From IMG/VR virus record IMGVR_UViG_3300029705_000019: DNA of 64,000 nucleotides. One strand, written 5' to 3'. Positions 26,201 to 35,046 of the stretch are shown in pieces. A program made the position numbers and the translations under genes. This DNA is from a virus. Lineage: Duplodnaviria > Heunggongvirae > Uroviricota > Caudoviricetes. Numbering within the stretch: position 1 is the stretch's first letter; each line of letters begins with the position of its first letter. Below the pieces are notes generated by a model. It was not told the DNA's origin and searched no databases. It saw nothing but the letters and a program-made list of their open reading frames with translations.

Positions 26201-26713
26201 TTACTCCACAATTCTTATATTTTCAATTTTTGGCATTCTTAAATTATTCATGTTGCAGTAAGCTACTAGAGTATCAAATGTTTTACTTGTCATTGTCCAT
26301 ATTTTTGTATCTTTACAATAGTATTCCCACATCGGTCCTCTTGTTACTTTAATCCAATTCTTATTATAAAGATATAATTCAGCCTCATCCCAATCAATCA
26401 GATCGCACTCAAATCCATATAGGTAGTTCGCTAACTTTACAGCATCAACTCCATGAGAATCAGCATACCAGATTTCACCATCAGAATCAAGCCAGGCTGA
26501 CCAGTAAGTTAATTGTCCATGCTTTAAAGGACAATAATCTGTAGCAGTGTATAATTCGTGCCATGATTCATACTCATAAATTTCAGCTGTTAACCAGTAG
26601 TCTGCATTTTCATCAATCTGAAATCCACCATGATTAAAGTTGCGTAGTCTCATTGATTTTTCGTGAAATTCAAACCATTCGCCATTTTTATCAGGTAGGT
26701 AAGCAAATTTCAA
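26201..26713 (-). CDS. hypothetical Trp/Tyr-rich protein
   Basis: 170-aa ORF. Confidence 0.5.
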   Translation of the reverse strand: MKFAYLPDKNGEWFEFHEKSMRLRNFNHGGFQIDENADYWLTAEIYEYESWHELYTATDYCPLKHGQLTYWSAWLDSDGEIWYADSHGVDAVKLANYLYGFECDLIDWDEAELYLYNKNWIKVTRGPMWEYYCKDTKIWTMTSKTFDTLVAYCNMNNLRMPKIENIRIVE

Positions 26714-26741
26714 CTGTTGTCACCTCACATTTGTAGTTGTC

Positions 26742-27134
26742 TCAACTATCAAACTCTTTTTCAAGCTGGTGAAAAGAAACATTTGCAGCTGATACTGCAT
26801 TCATAAAGTCTTTGTCACTGCCCTGTTCATGAGTTATGATTCTAACAGCATCACTTGGGCCGTCATGAAATTCAACAACAGTTGCCCAATACCACCGATC
26901 ATTTTCTTTTGTAATTTTAATGCACGGAAAAAGATTATACGGTGCATAATTACCATACCATTCTGCAGAAACATCATCTTCAACAGGAACATGTTCCATG
27001 TTAAATTCTTTGTAGCATCTACGAGCAAGAGCAGCTTTATCATTAAAGTAGTCTTCATCACTAATAACAACAGTTGAATCCTCAGAGTACCATCCACTAT
27101 ATTTGATTACATAAACATTGTACATATCACACAA
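26742..27134 (-). CDS. hypothetical protein
   Basis: 130-aa ORF. Confidence 0.5.
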   Translation of the reverse strand: MCDMYNVYVIKYSGWYSEDSTVVISDEDYFNDKAALARRCYKEFNMEHVPVEDDVSAEWYGNYAPYNLFPCIKITKENDRWYWATVVEFHDGPSDAVRIITHEQGSDKDFMNAVSAANVSFHQLEKEFDS

Positions 27135-27438
27135 TTTCTCCCTTGTAAAGTTTGAACATGAGCTCTGTTAATGCAATATCATCGAGTGTCTGTTTATCCT
27201 CAGGTCTGCCCATCATTGCGTATTTTCTGTAAACAAGTTCATCATATTGTTTCTTAAATTCTTCGCTACAATGAGTAGGTATATTCTTCCACTGAATCAT
27301 GTTACCACATTCATGGCAGTAAAGCTCTTTGTTTCCATAGATTCTAAAATCACAAAAACAAACAGGACACATATAAATGATTTCAGTACCTGATCCCCAT
27401 TGACTTAACTGTTTTGGAACTGGTTTATGTAAATCCAT
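27127..27438 (-). CDS. zinc-ribbon protein
   Basis: CPVCFCD ... CHECG. Confidence 0.5.
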   Translation of the reverse strand: MDLHKPVPKQLSQWGSGTEIIYMCPVCFCDFRIYGNKELYCHECGNMIQWKNIPTHCSEEFKKQYDELVYRKYAMMGRPEDKQTLDDIALTELMFKLYKGEIV

Positions 27439-27465
27439 CTAATTACCTCCTGATTGTTTATAGTT

Positions 27466-27498
27466 ATATTATAATATGAATAGTTAGTCTAATCAACT
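27466..27498 (-). promoter_or_regulatory. consensus sigma70-type promoter (-35 TTGATT, N17, -10 TATAAT)
   Basis: Plus-strand TTATATTATAATATG, then 17 nt, then AATCAACT. Confidence 0.55.
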
Positions 27499-27617
27499 AT
27501 AAATATAAACCTTGTGCAATGGATAAGACAAGCGTTATTTTTAGCAATAATTTTATATTAATAATACCTTATCGTTAATATTTGACCTTACTTTCTCCAC
27601 AGCTGTGGATAGATTAC

Positions 27618-28517
27618 TTAGTGTGCAATAAGGTCTGCCTCATGTAACTTATCAATCATCTCTTTTTCATCAGCTGCAAGACTTTGATAATATGTAGAAT
27701 TAAAGAAAGGCTGCATATGTGAAGAAATTAACCATGGCACATAGATACCAGTTGCTACATCGGGATCATAACATCCAATACTCAAATAAGCTCCAACATT
27801 GTCATGATTATAATAATGTGCATCAGGTAACTTATGACCTTTTTCATCACGTTTGAAAAATTTCGTCAGTGGTTTACCACAATCATGGATAAATGCTGCT
27901 TCAACAAGGATTGGTGAGTTGTAATTATTTATCAACCACTTTGCAGCACATTCACAATGCTTATCTACAGGCAAAGAATGATGAGGGTTATCATGAGGAA
28001 TATTCATTGACTCTATCAGTGAAGATCTATATTTAACACGATCAAAATCAACAGATTCATTATGTACAATTTTAATGCGAGGAAAACCTTCATTGTAGAA
28101 AGGCATTTCAAATCTATATAGCATTTTCTTGATTACTTCAGAACCAACATTTCTGGATCTTGTAGCATCACGTGTAATACAATCTTCATACGGACACCAT
28201 ACCACATGTGCTTCGATGGTTGCATTATGTTTTTTAGCAATATCAATTATCTGTTTTCTGTTTTTTCGATTCATGTTTGTTGCATCATATACAACATTTA
28301 TATTCTTTGTAAGTAGTTCATTAACTTCTCTATGTAGCTGATTAAACACATCAGATGGATTTCCCTGAATTCGTTCATCACCATAAAGTTTCTTTCTTAC
28401 TTGATCTGACGAACAAATTTTCCATTGTCTTACATCAGATGTTCTATTTACATATTTAATTGCATAGTCTGATTTACCACAACCAGGTAAACCAACAAGA
28501 ACTATTACTGTTGACAT
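27618..28517 (-). CDS. polynucleotide kinase (P-loop) fused to HD-domain phosphohydrolase; putative RNA/DNA end-healing enzyme
   Basis: N-terminal VLVGLPGCGKSDYA is a Walker A of the PNK type. The C-terminal half carries H...HD motifs (HHSLPV..., FIHDCGK). Confidence 0.55.
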   Translation of the reverse strand: MSTVIVLVGLPGCGKSDYAIKYVNRTSDVRQWKICSSDQVRKKLYGDERIQGNPSDVFNQLHREVNELLTKNINVVYDATNMNRKNRKQIIDIAKKHNATIEAHVVWCPYEDCITRDATRSRNVGSEVIKKMLYRFEMPFYNEGFPRIKIVHNESVDFDRVKYRSSLIESMNIPHDNPHHSLPVDKHCECAAKWLINNYNSPILVEAAFIHDCGKPLTKFFKRDEKGHKLPDAHYYNHDNVGAYLSIGCYDPDVATGIYVPWLISSHMQPFFNSTYYQSLAADEKEMIDKLHEADLIAH

Positions 28518-29311
28518 TTAAGTTCCTCCATTAAATGAAGTTTGATTATATCTTTACAAGTTGTGTCAAGAAGTTCAACCACTTCAAAGTCTGTTTTATT
28601 TAGTTCGAGTGTGCAATCAGCTTCTTTTAACATATCATCAATCTGTTTCATCAGATTATCATGCATTTTTCTTGCATTGTACACAGTGGTAAAATAACCT
28701 GTTTGTTTTAATTCACGAATATAAGTATTATTTTCTGGTACAAGACAAAATTCATACTTAGTATCAAACATGTATTCATGCAGCATGTCTCTAAATCTGA
28801 TTATATCAGCAAGCGCTTTGTTATCAAATCCGTATTTCTGAATCGCCTCTTTGTTCGAGGGCATTTCTTTGAATACCTTCTTTGACTTATTTTTTGCACA
28901 TCCTGCAATACACTGTATGTTAGCATACCTGTTAAGATGAGCAATCCTTTCACGATTTTCAATCAATTGATCAAATACAGATTTATACTTATCATTGATG
29001 ATATACCACTTAGTAAACAGTGTTTCAAGAAAATTAACATTCTGTTTCTTATAATTGTAAATCATATTTCGAATATCAAAAACGGTTAACTCACCGTTCT
29101 CTCGTTGATAACAGTTTGAAAATTCAGTTTTACCCATTGCCAGATTATCAAAAGAGGGTACAACGATAGCTTTGACATCTATATCGGAGGCCGACGTATC
29201 ACAACAATAATTCTGAGAACCAAAAAGAAACACACCAAGGACTTCCAGCCCCTGATTCTCAAGAAAATAGTAATCATTAAGGAGACGTGTATTAATAATT
29301 TCAGGCATCAT
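28505..29311 (-). CDS. Pol-beta-superfamily nucleotidyltransferase
   Basis: LFGSQNYCCDTSASDIDV matches the NTase signature G[SG]-x(9-13)-DxD. Confidence 0.55.
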   Translation of the reverse strand: MMPEIINTRLLNDYYFLENQGLEVLGVFLFGSQNYCCDTSASDIDVKAIVVPSFDNLAMGKTEFSNCYQRENGELTVFDIRNMIYNYKKQNVNFLETLFTKWYIINDKYKSVFDQLIENRERIAHLNRYANIQCIAGCAKNKSKKVFKEMPSNKEAIQKYGFDNKALADIIRFRDMLHEYMFDTKYEFCLVPENNTYIRELKQTGYFTTVYNARKMHDNLMKQIDDMLKEADCTLELNKTDFEVVELLDTTCKDIIKLHLMEELKCQQ

Positions 29312-29963
29312 ATGATTTGCCCTCCACGTTGAATTTTTCTTTTGTCCATATACAGTTAAAATATGGCTTTCCTGTTTCTATTGCATTTTGAATACTTAAA
29401 CTAGTTTCAATTGTCTTTCTTACTATAATGCCAGGTCTTAGTCCTTTTGACAGTATTTTTCTTTTTTCAACAATATCAAGAATAGCTTTTTCTATATTAA
29501 TATATTTGATTATTTTATCAGGATTTTCAACGCTTCGAGAAACAATGCCTTCAATCTCATGTTCATATATAGAGCCTTTTTTACGATTACACTCTTCACA
29601 CATTACTTGCATATTTTCAAGTGTATCTTTACCTCCCCATTTCTTCGGAAGTATATGATCTTTAGTCATTAAAGTACCGTCGTCAGCATAAAGATTAAAA
29701 TGTCTACGATTAGTTTTTGTAGGATCAGTGTGACTATCACAATCAAGCTTAAAATGAGTACCCTCTTTACCACAAGAGACACACTTTACACCCTTATTAT
29801 AAAATGTTTGATATCTCAAAGATCTTTGATAAACAGTGTATCCATCAACTTCAATGGATTTCTTTGAACCACTTCCAAGATTACGTGTTAAGTAATCTTC
29901 ACCAATGAGGGTAAATACTTCCTCTAAAGTATAATGTTTTTCCATATCATATCCACCCTTCAT
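29301..29963 (-). CDS. HNH endonuclease (free-standing)
   Basis: DHILPKKWGGKDTLENMQVMCEECNRKKG is an HNH motif. Upstream CVSCGKEG zinc knuckle. Confidence 0.6.
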   Translation of the reverse strand: MKGGYDMEKHYTLEEVFTLIGEDYLTRNLGSGSKKSIEVDGYTVYQRSLRYQTFYNKGVKCVSCGKEGTHFKLDCDSHTDPTKTNRRHFNLYADDGTLMTKDHILPKKWGGKDTLENMQVMCEECNRKKGSIYEHEIEGIVSRSVENPDKIIKYINIEKAILDIVEKRKILSKGLRPGIIVRKTIETSLSIQNAIETGKPYFNCIWTKEKFNVEGKSYDA

Positions 29964-30240
29964 TTACACGTTTACTAATGAATGATTTAAGTTCATCAAA
30001 ACATGTTTCATACTTTTCTTTACACATTTCAAGATATTCTTCATCTACATCTTTACTGTTTTTCCATGTGACATATGTGCAGTAATTTTTAATAGTTGTA
30101 CTTACAAGATTATGAACTTTTTCATAGTCTCTTGCAGCATGAATCCATCCTGTCATGTCATAAGGATTTGGTGAAGCCTGTGGAACTTTGTTCATTAGTT
30201 CCATAACGTTAAATATGAAGTTAAGTTCATTTTGTTTCAT
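29947..30240 (-). CDS. hypothetical protein
   Basis: 97-aa ORF. Confidence 0.45.
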   Translation of the reverse strand: MKQNELNFIFNVMELMNKVPQASPNPYDMTGWIHAARDYEKVHNLVSTTIKNYCTYVTWKNSKDVDEEYLEMCKEKYETCFDELKSFISKRVNEGWI

Positions 30241-30508
30241 AAGTTACCTCGGATTTAAGATGGCCCCACTTAATATATAGATATCTTTCAGAATCATGAA
30301 ATCTTGTGGAAACACTGTACCCAAGATCAATTAACATACATTTGATGTGATCAACTACTACTTCATACATATCTCCGATATATGCTTCAGCCCAAAAGCA
30401 TTTATTTTTAATAGCATTTGTAATAGCAATATCACAACGATTTTCTAGCTTCTCTTCCTGAGATTCAGTGTACAAAGTAAGTTTAGCTGCTTCTTTTGCT
30501 GTAATCAT
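30227..30508 (-). CDS. hypothetical protein
   Basis: 93-aa ORF. Confidence 0.45.
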   Translation of the reverse strand: MITAKEAAKLTLYTESQEEKLENRCDIAITNAIKNKCFWAEAYIGDMYEVVVDHIKCMLIDLGYSVSTRFHDSERYLYIKWGHLKSEVTYETK

Positions 30509-30511
30509 ATT

Positions 30512-30814
30512 TTACACCACCTTCTCAAAAAGACCGCCATCTTTAATTCCTGTAACATCAGATGTCATATACCAAGAGAATTTGCCATTGTCATAATAAT
30601 CAAGTAACATATTCTTAAAATTAACTAGCTCATTTATATCCTCAAACCAGCCAACACGATGACTAAGTTCATTGCTGATAGGTCCGATCCAATAAATAAC
30701 AACATAGTGTAAATCAGCTTTGATGGCTTTTTTACGGATTCCCTCTAAAATTGTTTTAGCTTCTTCACGAATACTATTCAACATATTAAAAATCCTCCAT
30801 TCCTTTTTACACAT
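30512..30814 (-). CDS. hypothetical protein
   Basis: 100-aa ORF downstream of promoter 30815-30848. Confidence 0.45.
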   Translation of the reverse strand: MCKKEWRIFNMLNSIREEAKTILEGIRKKAIKADLHYVVIYWIGPISNELSHRVGWFEDINELVNFKNMLLDYYDNGKFSWYMTSDVTGIKDGGLFEKVV

Positions 30815-30848
30815 ATATTATAATATAAGAATAGAAGATAATCAACTT
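30815..30848 (-). promoter_or_regulatory. consensus sigma70-type promoter (-35 TTGATT, N17, -10 TATAAT)
   Basis: Plus-strand CACATATATTATAATAT, then 17 nt, then AATCAACT. Confidence 0.55.
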
Positions 30849-30857
30849 AAATAACAG

Positions 30858-31403
30858 TTATAATTTTTTGAATGTAAAATCAGAAGCATCACAAGATCCA
30901 CACATATAATATTTATTTGGATAATTAAGATAAGAAGTCATTCTTCTGAATTCATGTACTTTTCCACATTTATTGCATATAAGATGATATTTAACAGGTC
31001 TTGAAGGAATATCCACACCGAAGTCTCTTCCATCAGTTGAAGTGGCTATTGTTATTTGAGGGAATCTTGTGTTAACACATTGTGCCCAATATTGAAATCT
31101 TTTGCCATGATTCCAACAATTTGTTTGAGTATGTATCATTTCATGTACAATACAACTTAACAATCGTTTGTGAAATAATTCTGCATCTGTTATTCGTTCG
31201 AACATTCTGCTAAGTTTTACAGCCCATCCAATATTACATCCATCAACAACTGGTTTGATTGTTGCCCAATAACTTGTTACATTAGCAAATTCAATTTTAA
31301 CAATTTCTGGCACTTTAAATTTTTTATATGTAACAAGCATGTCTGTTGCTTCATTGATGTATTCTCGAACTAAAGATTCAGTTAATTCCATTATTATCCT
31401 CAT
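30858..31403 (-). CDS. SprT-like zinc metallopeptidase domain protein with C-terminal zinc ribbon
   Basis: VHEMIHTQ...HGKRFQYWA resembles the SprT HExxH...HGxxF motif. C-terminal CNKCGK ... CGSC. Confidence 0.5.
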   Translation of the reverse strand: MRIIMELTESLVREYINEATDMLVTYKKFKVPEIVKIEFANVTSYWATIKPVVDGCNIGWAVKLSRMFERITDAELFHKRLLSCIVHEMIHTQTNCWNHGKRFQYWAQCVNTRFPQITIATSTDGRDFGVDIPSRPVKYHLICNKCGKVHEFRRMTSYLNYPNKYYMCGSCDASDFTFKKL

Positions 31404-31423
31404 GTTGGCATATTTATTTAACT

Positions 31424-31456
31424 ATATTATATGATATTCATTCAAATTTATCAACT
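31424..31456 (-). promoter_or_regulatory. consensus sigma70-type promoter (-35 TTGATA, N17, -10 TATAAT)
   Basis: Plus-strand CTATATTATATGAT, then 17 nt, then TATCAACT. Confidence 0.5.
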
Positions 31457-31461
31457 ACAAT

Positions 31462-31494
31462 AAAAAAGAGGCTTGTAAGAAGCCTCTTTTTTAT
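31462..31494. terminator. bidirectional terminator hairpin
   Basis: AAAAAAGAGGCTTGTAAGAAGCCTCTTTTTTATT: a GC stem flanked by A6 and T6. Confidence 0.55.
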
Positions 31495-31514
31495 TATATG
31501 TATTTACATGTAAC

Positions 31515-32462
31515 TTATTCAATGATGTTGCTTGGAAGCAGATAGTTACCATCACTCATTACAGTGGGTAGTACACCATTCCACTTTTCGTAGTACATCT
31601 GAGTTAGAATTTTATCAGTGATAGATTCTGCAAGTACCTTGTTTGCTTCAGCTTGCGCCTCTGCTGCAATGATGATGGCCTGAGCTTCAGCCTCTGCCTT
31701 TGCAATATTTGCTTCATTCTTATTCTGCTGAATTACAAGTTCCTGCTCAGATGCAAACTTAGCATCAAGTGCCTTCTGAATTTCAGGATTCTCAAACGAA
31801 ATACCTTCCTTCAAACCAAGAACAGTGATTGTGATACCATAATCCTTGAAGTAGTCAATAACATAATTCTTAACAGCTTCCATAATTTCACCCTTCTTAG
31901 CACCGAGATCAGTGGACATTACAAGGGCTGTTTCAATGTTAAATCTATCTTCAACCATCTTTTTGATGTCAGTATCAATGATGGTTTCAAGGGGAGTGTT
32001 ATTATAACGATAAAGGAACTTTGCTGCATCTTTTTCTTCAATCAATGCAGTGCAATTCATACCAACATAGATACCAATATTATCTGATGTTTCACCAAAA
32101 ATTGCCTTGTTTGAAGAAGTTGCTGTCGAGTCACCGCTTTCCCAGCTTCTCGAAACAGGCTTTCGTTCAACAACAATAAGTGTTGCTGTAGGTCTATATT
32201 CACCTTGCCAGTGCTTACGACCTGTCTGTACCCATCTATGAGGAATCTGAATTTCTTTAGTTGCAACCTTTGTTTCAAGCAGCAGCTCTTCTGAATCAAA
32301 TGCACCTTGACTGCCAGTGTCACCTACAAGGGGAACAAGGAATGCTGTCTGTGAGGCTTCAATGGTTTTGAACTCTGGCTTGTCATAGGGCTTACGGCAG
32401 CCTGTAAACAGTGCACAACACATAATCACGAGCATTACAAGGAAGATGATACACTTTTTCAT
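31515..32462 (-). CDS. SPFH (band-7/prohibitin) domain lipoprotein
   Basis: Signal peptide plus lipobox (LFTGC). The C-terminal Ala/Glu/Gln-rich coiled coil (AKAEAEAQAIIIAAEAQAEANK) is typical of band-7 proteins. Confidence 0.5.
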   Translation of the reverse strand: MKKCIIFLVMLVIMCCALFTGCRKPYDKPEFKTIEASQTAFLVPLVGDTGSQGAFDSEELLLETKVATKEIQIPHRWVQTGRKHWQGEYRPTATLIVVERKPVSRSWESGDSTATSSNKAIFGETSDNIGIYVGMNCTALIEEKDAAKFLYRYNNTPLETIIDTDIKKMVEDRFNIETALVMSTDLGAKKGEIMEAVKNYVIDYFKDYGITITVLGLKEGISFENPEIQKALDAKFASEQELVIQQNKNEANIAKAEAEAQAIIIAAEAQAEANKVLAESITDKILTQMYYEKWNGVLPTVMSDGNYLLPSNIIE

Positions 32463-32779
32463 TTGATATTGTCTCCATTCTTTTTAGTTGAAAAATATTT
32501 ATAAACATTATAACAAGCAGACCCAGCCACAAGTGCTATAATAAGTACAAAAATTGTAGCAACAAGTGGCTTCACAAAGTTATAAAGCTCATACATAAGA
32601 TATAGTTCATTACTGTTTTCTAACTGAGTCATAGCCAACTCGTTATTAATTATGGGCTCTAAATTTAGAACAACAACGTATGCAGCAACAGTAATAACAG
32701 CGAATACAGCTTTGAGAATCAAATTTCTTATAAGTTTTTGTTTACTCATTCGAGTTTTTAGTTTCCTTTCGTTCTTCAT
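32459..32779 (-). CDS. small two-TM membrane protein (possible SPFH partner)
   Basis: Two hydrophobic helices (AVFAVITVAAYVVVL; LVATIFVLIIALVAGSACY). Start/stop coupled to the SPFH gene. Confidence 0.45.
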   Translation of the reverse strand: MKNERKLKTRMSKQKLIRNLILKAVFAVITVAAYVVVLNLEPIINNELAMTQLENSNELYLMYELYNFVKPLVATIFVLIIALVAGSACYNVYKYFSTKKNGDNIK

Positions 32780-33071
32780 TAAGTTGCATTATCTTTTCAC
32801 AACATTTATAATCTGTTACAATTGTTAAGACTCGTTCACCATTGTCAGTATACACATTGAAATGACTGACTGTGTTAAGATCAATTGGCCAAAGATAATT
32901 GAAAGGATTAATACCATCGCCAATATAGTACTTATTACACATATTTTCTTCATCATATGCAACAACAAGTTCTTTACTATGAAGAACAGGATTATTATCT
33001 TGAAAATTTTTCAGTGTATCTCGTCTAATGAGACATATGATTGATTTATTGTTATTAAGTACCATGATCAC
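32742..33071 (-). CDS. hypothetical protein
   Basis: 109-aa ORF. Confidence 0.45.
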   Translation of the reverse strand: MIMVLNNNKSIICLIRRDTLKNFQDNNPVLHSKELVVAYDEENMCNKYYIGDGINPFNYLWPIDLNTVSHFNVYTDNGERVLTIVTDYKCCEKIMQLNEERKETKNSNE

Positions 33072-34549
33072 ATCTCACTCAAAATATCTTCAGAAATTTC
33101 TGCAGTGGTATCACTAGCAATCTTATCTTGAATAATACCTTCCAGCTGTTTGAATTCATAATTCTTGTGCTTGTAAGCACAGAATTTAGGCCTATTGATT
33201 ATTCTACAAACAACACCCTCACGTGTGTGAGTTTTACCAATGGGATCTGGTCCGCTATAATAATCTTCAGCAGCTGCAACAATCAGATCACCAATAATTT
33301 CATTTTCTTCAAGTTGATAGACAGTCCACTCATTCTTATCATGTGGCTTAAACCAGAACTCATTGTTGAAAACAATACCCTTACCAATAACAGGTACTGT
33401 TTTTACACCCATTTGTTCACATCTGTGTCTAACTTGATCAGGTGTATACTCAACAACATATCCATCGTCATTGGTCATAGTCATTCGATAAACATACATA
33501 TCGGATAACGGTTCCTCTGTGTGGATATCCACGTTGTTGGTTTCCTCATTGAATTGAAGAGAAGATCCTGAGATTGAACAACCATAAGTAAAAATAGTTG
33601 TAGGCCCATACTGTTTTACAAACTCGGGTCCAACTTTTGTGTTATCACCTGTTGACATAATCGGGGCACCAGTATCAGTAAATCCAACAACTTCGTAGTA
33701 AACAGTTTCACCTTTGTTTAATTTACCGATAAATTCATTATGATGTTTTTCACGGAATGCATTTGATCCATAGAAACTTGTATTACCATCAAAGTTTTCA
33801 AGAACAACTCTTCTAGTTCCACAAACATAATCATAATTGTAAATCGGTGTACCTTCTTTATGAAGCAACCAATCTTTAAATGTTCTCTTGTAACTTTTAT
33901 GTACAGGCAAATAGCCAGTTCGCTGAGAAGTTCCGTGCATCTTTAAAGTGATTTCAATTTCATCACCTTCTCTAAAGGCACCAGTATTGTAAGCAAGCTG
34001 CTCAGTGTCAACATGTTCGGCAAATAATGGAGCATAGTCAACTCTCTTTTTACGAGTTCTATTTCCATCAGAGTATGTTCCATAGCGTCGAGTTGTTTTT
34101 GGAACATACTTACAACAGATGTTATGACCATTTACTGTAACAATTTGTTCGCCAACAGAAAATTCGGTTACAACAACATCAGGATTATTCTGCAACTCTG
34201 AATAACAATAGTTAATGGATTCTAGAGGCATGAATACACCATCCGATTTTTCTCCACGCAGCTTTATTGCCTTGATGTTGCGATGGTCTGGATCAAGATA
34301 TCCGCCAATGTTTTTTCCATTCTCATCTTTCTTACGAACAAGATTATTTTGTTCACAATATTCTTCTGACAGCTGCAATCCTGAAGGGAAATAGATACCC
34401 ATGTCACCGATTTTTGTTTCTAGCGAGACAATGGTATCATTTCCAAAAAATGTTGCAACTTGAAGTCTGTCTGCATTTGTGTGAGGTCTAAGTTTTTCAA
34501 CCTTAACAATGTAACCACAATGCATGTTAGTCACCTCCGACAAGTTCAA
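33068..34549 (-). CDS. RNA ligase (Rnl2-like nucleotidyltransferase) with N-terminal extension
   Basis: EITLKMHGTSQR matches the Rnl2-type motif I (KxHGT) of ATP-dependent RNA ligases. 493 aa. Confidence 0.5.
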   Translation of the reverse strand: MNLSEVTNMHCGYIVKVEKLRPHTNADRLQVATFFGNDTIVSLETKIGDMGIYFPSGLQLSEEYCEQNNLVRKKDENGKNIGGYLDPDHRNIKAIKLRGEKSDGVFMPLESINYCYSELQNNPDVVVTEFSVGEQIVTVNGHNICCKYVPKTTRRYGTYSDGNRTRKKRVDYAPLFAEHVDTEQLAYNTGAFREGDEIEITLKMHGTSQRTGYLPVHKSYKRTFKDWLLHKEGTPIYNYDYVCGTRRVVLENFDGNTSFYGSNAFREKHHNEFIGKLNKGETVYYEVVGFTDTGAPIMSTGDNTKVGPEFVKQYGPTTIFTYGCSISGSSLQFNEETNNVDIHTEEPLSDMYVYRMTMTNDDGYVVEYTPDQVRHRCEQMGVKTVPVIGKGIVFNNEFWFKPHDKNEWTVYQLEENEIIGDLIVAAAEDYYSGPDPIGKTHTREGVVCRIINRPKFCAYKHKNYEFKQLEGIIQDKIASDTTAEISEDILSEM

Positions 34550-34829
34550 TATATTTATTAAAAAGTTTTACTAGCTCATAATCGTGCCGAATCTTATGTA
34601 GAATTTGTTCCTCAAGTTCGTTTTTTGTAAGTTCTTTTTCAGCTTGAGCACGCTTTTCAGGATAAAAAGTACACTTGAGTGGGTCTCCGTTACAAAAACA
34701 TTCATCCATCTCCTTTGTTCCGTAACAAACACCCTCAATATCCCCTACTTTGACTGGTTGTTTTATACCACGGAGTATATCATCATATGTAACAATCGTC
34801 CTGGCATGATAGCAAGAACATTTACTCAT
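34527..34829 (-). CDS. hypothetical Cys-containing protein
   Basis: 100-aa ORF. Confidence 0.45.
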   Translation of the reverse strand: MSKCSCYHARTIVTYDDILRGIKQPVKVGDIEGVCYGTKEMDECFCNGDPLKCTFYPEKRAQAEKELTKNELEEQILHKIRHDYELVKLFNKYIELVGGD

Positions 34830-35046
34830 TCAGTGCCTCTTTTTCTTTAATGGGCGTTAGTTCATAAACTGGAACCGTAATCCAATATTCATTATCCAAC
34901 ATCCAACATGTTGCAACAGTTATGATACAAGTGTCACCATAGCTATCAGTAGTAGGCTCAGCATGAAAATAGTATACATCTACTTCATGCGGTTTATTAA
35001 CTACACTAGTAGGGTCTTTATAAATCATTCTTATTGGAAACATCAT
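34822..35046 (-). CDS. hypothetical protein
   Basis: 74-aa ORF. Confidence 0.4.
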   Translation of the reverse strand: MMFPIRMIYKDPTSVVNKPHEVDVYYFHAEPTTDSYGDTCIITVATCWMLDNEYWITVPVYELTPIKEKEALNE

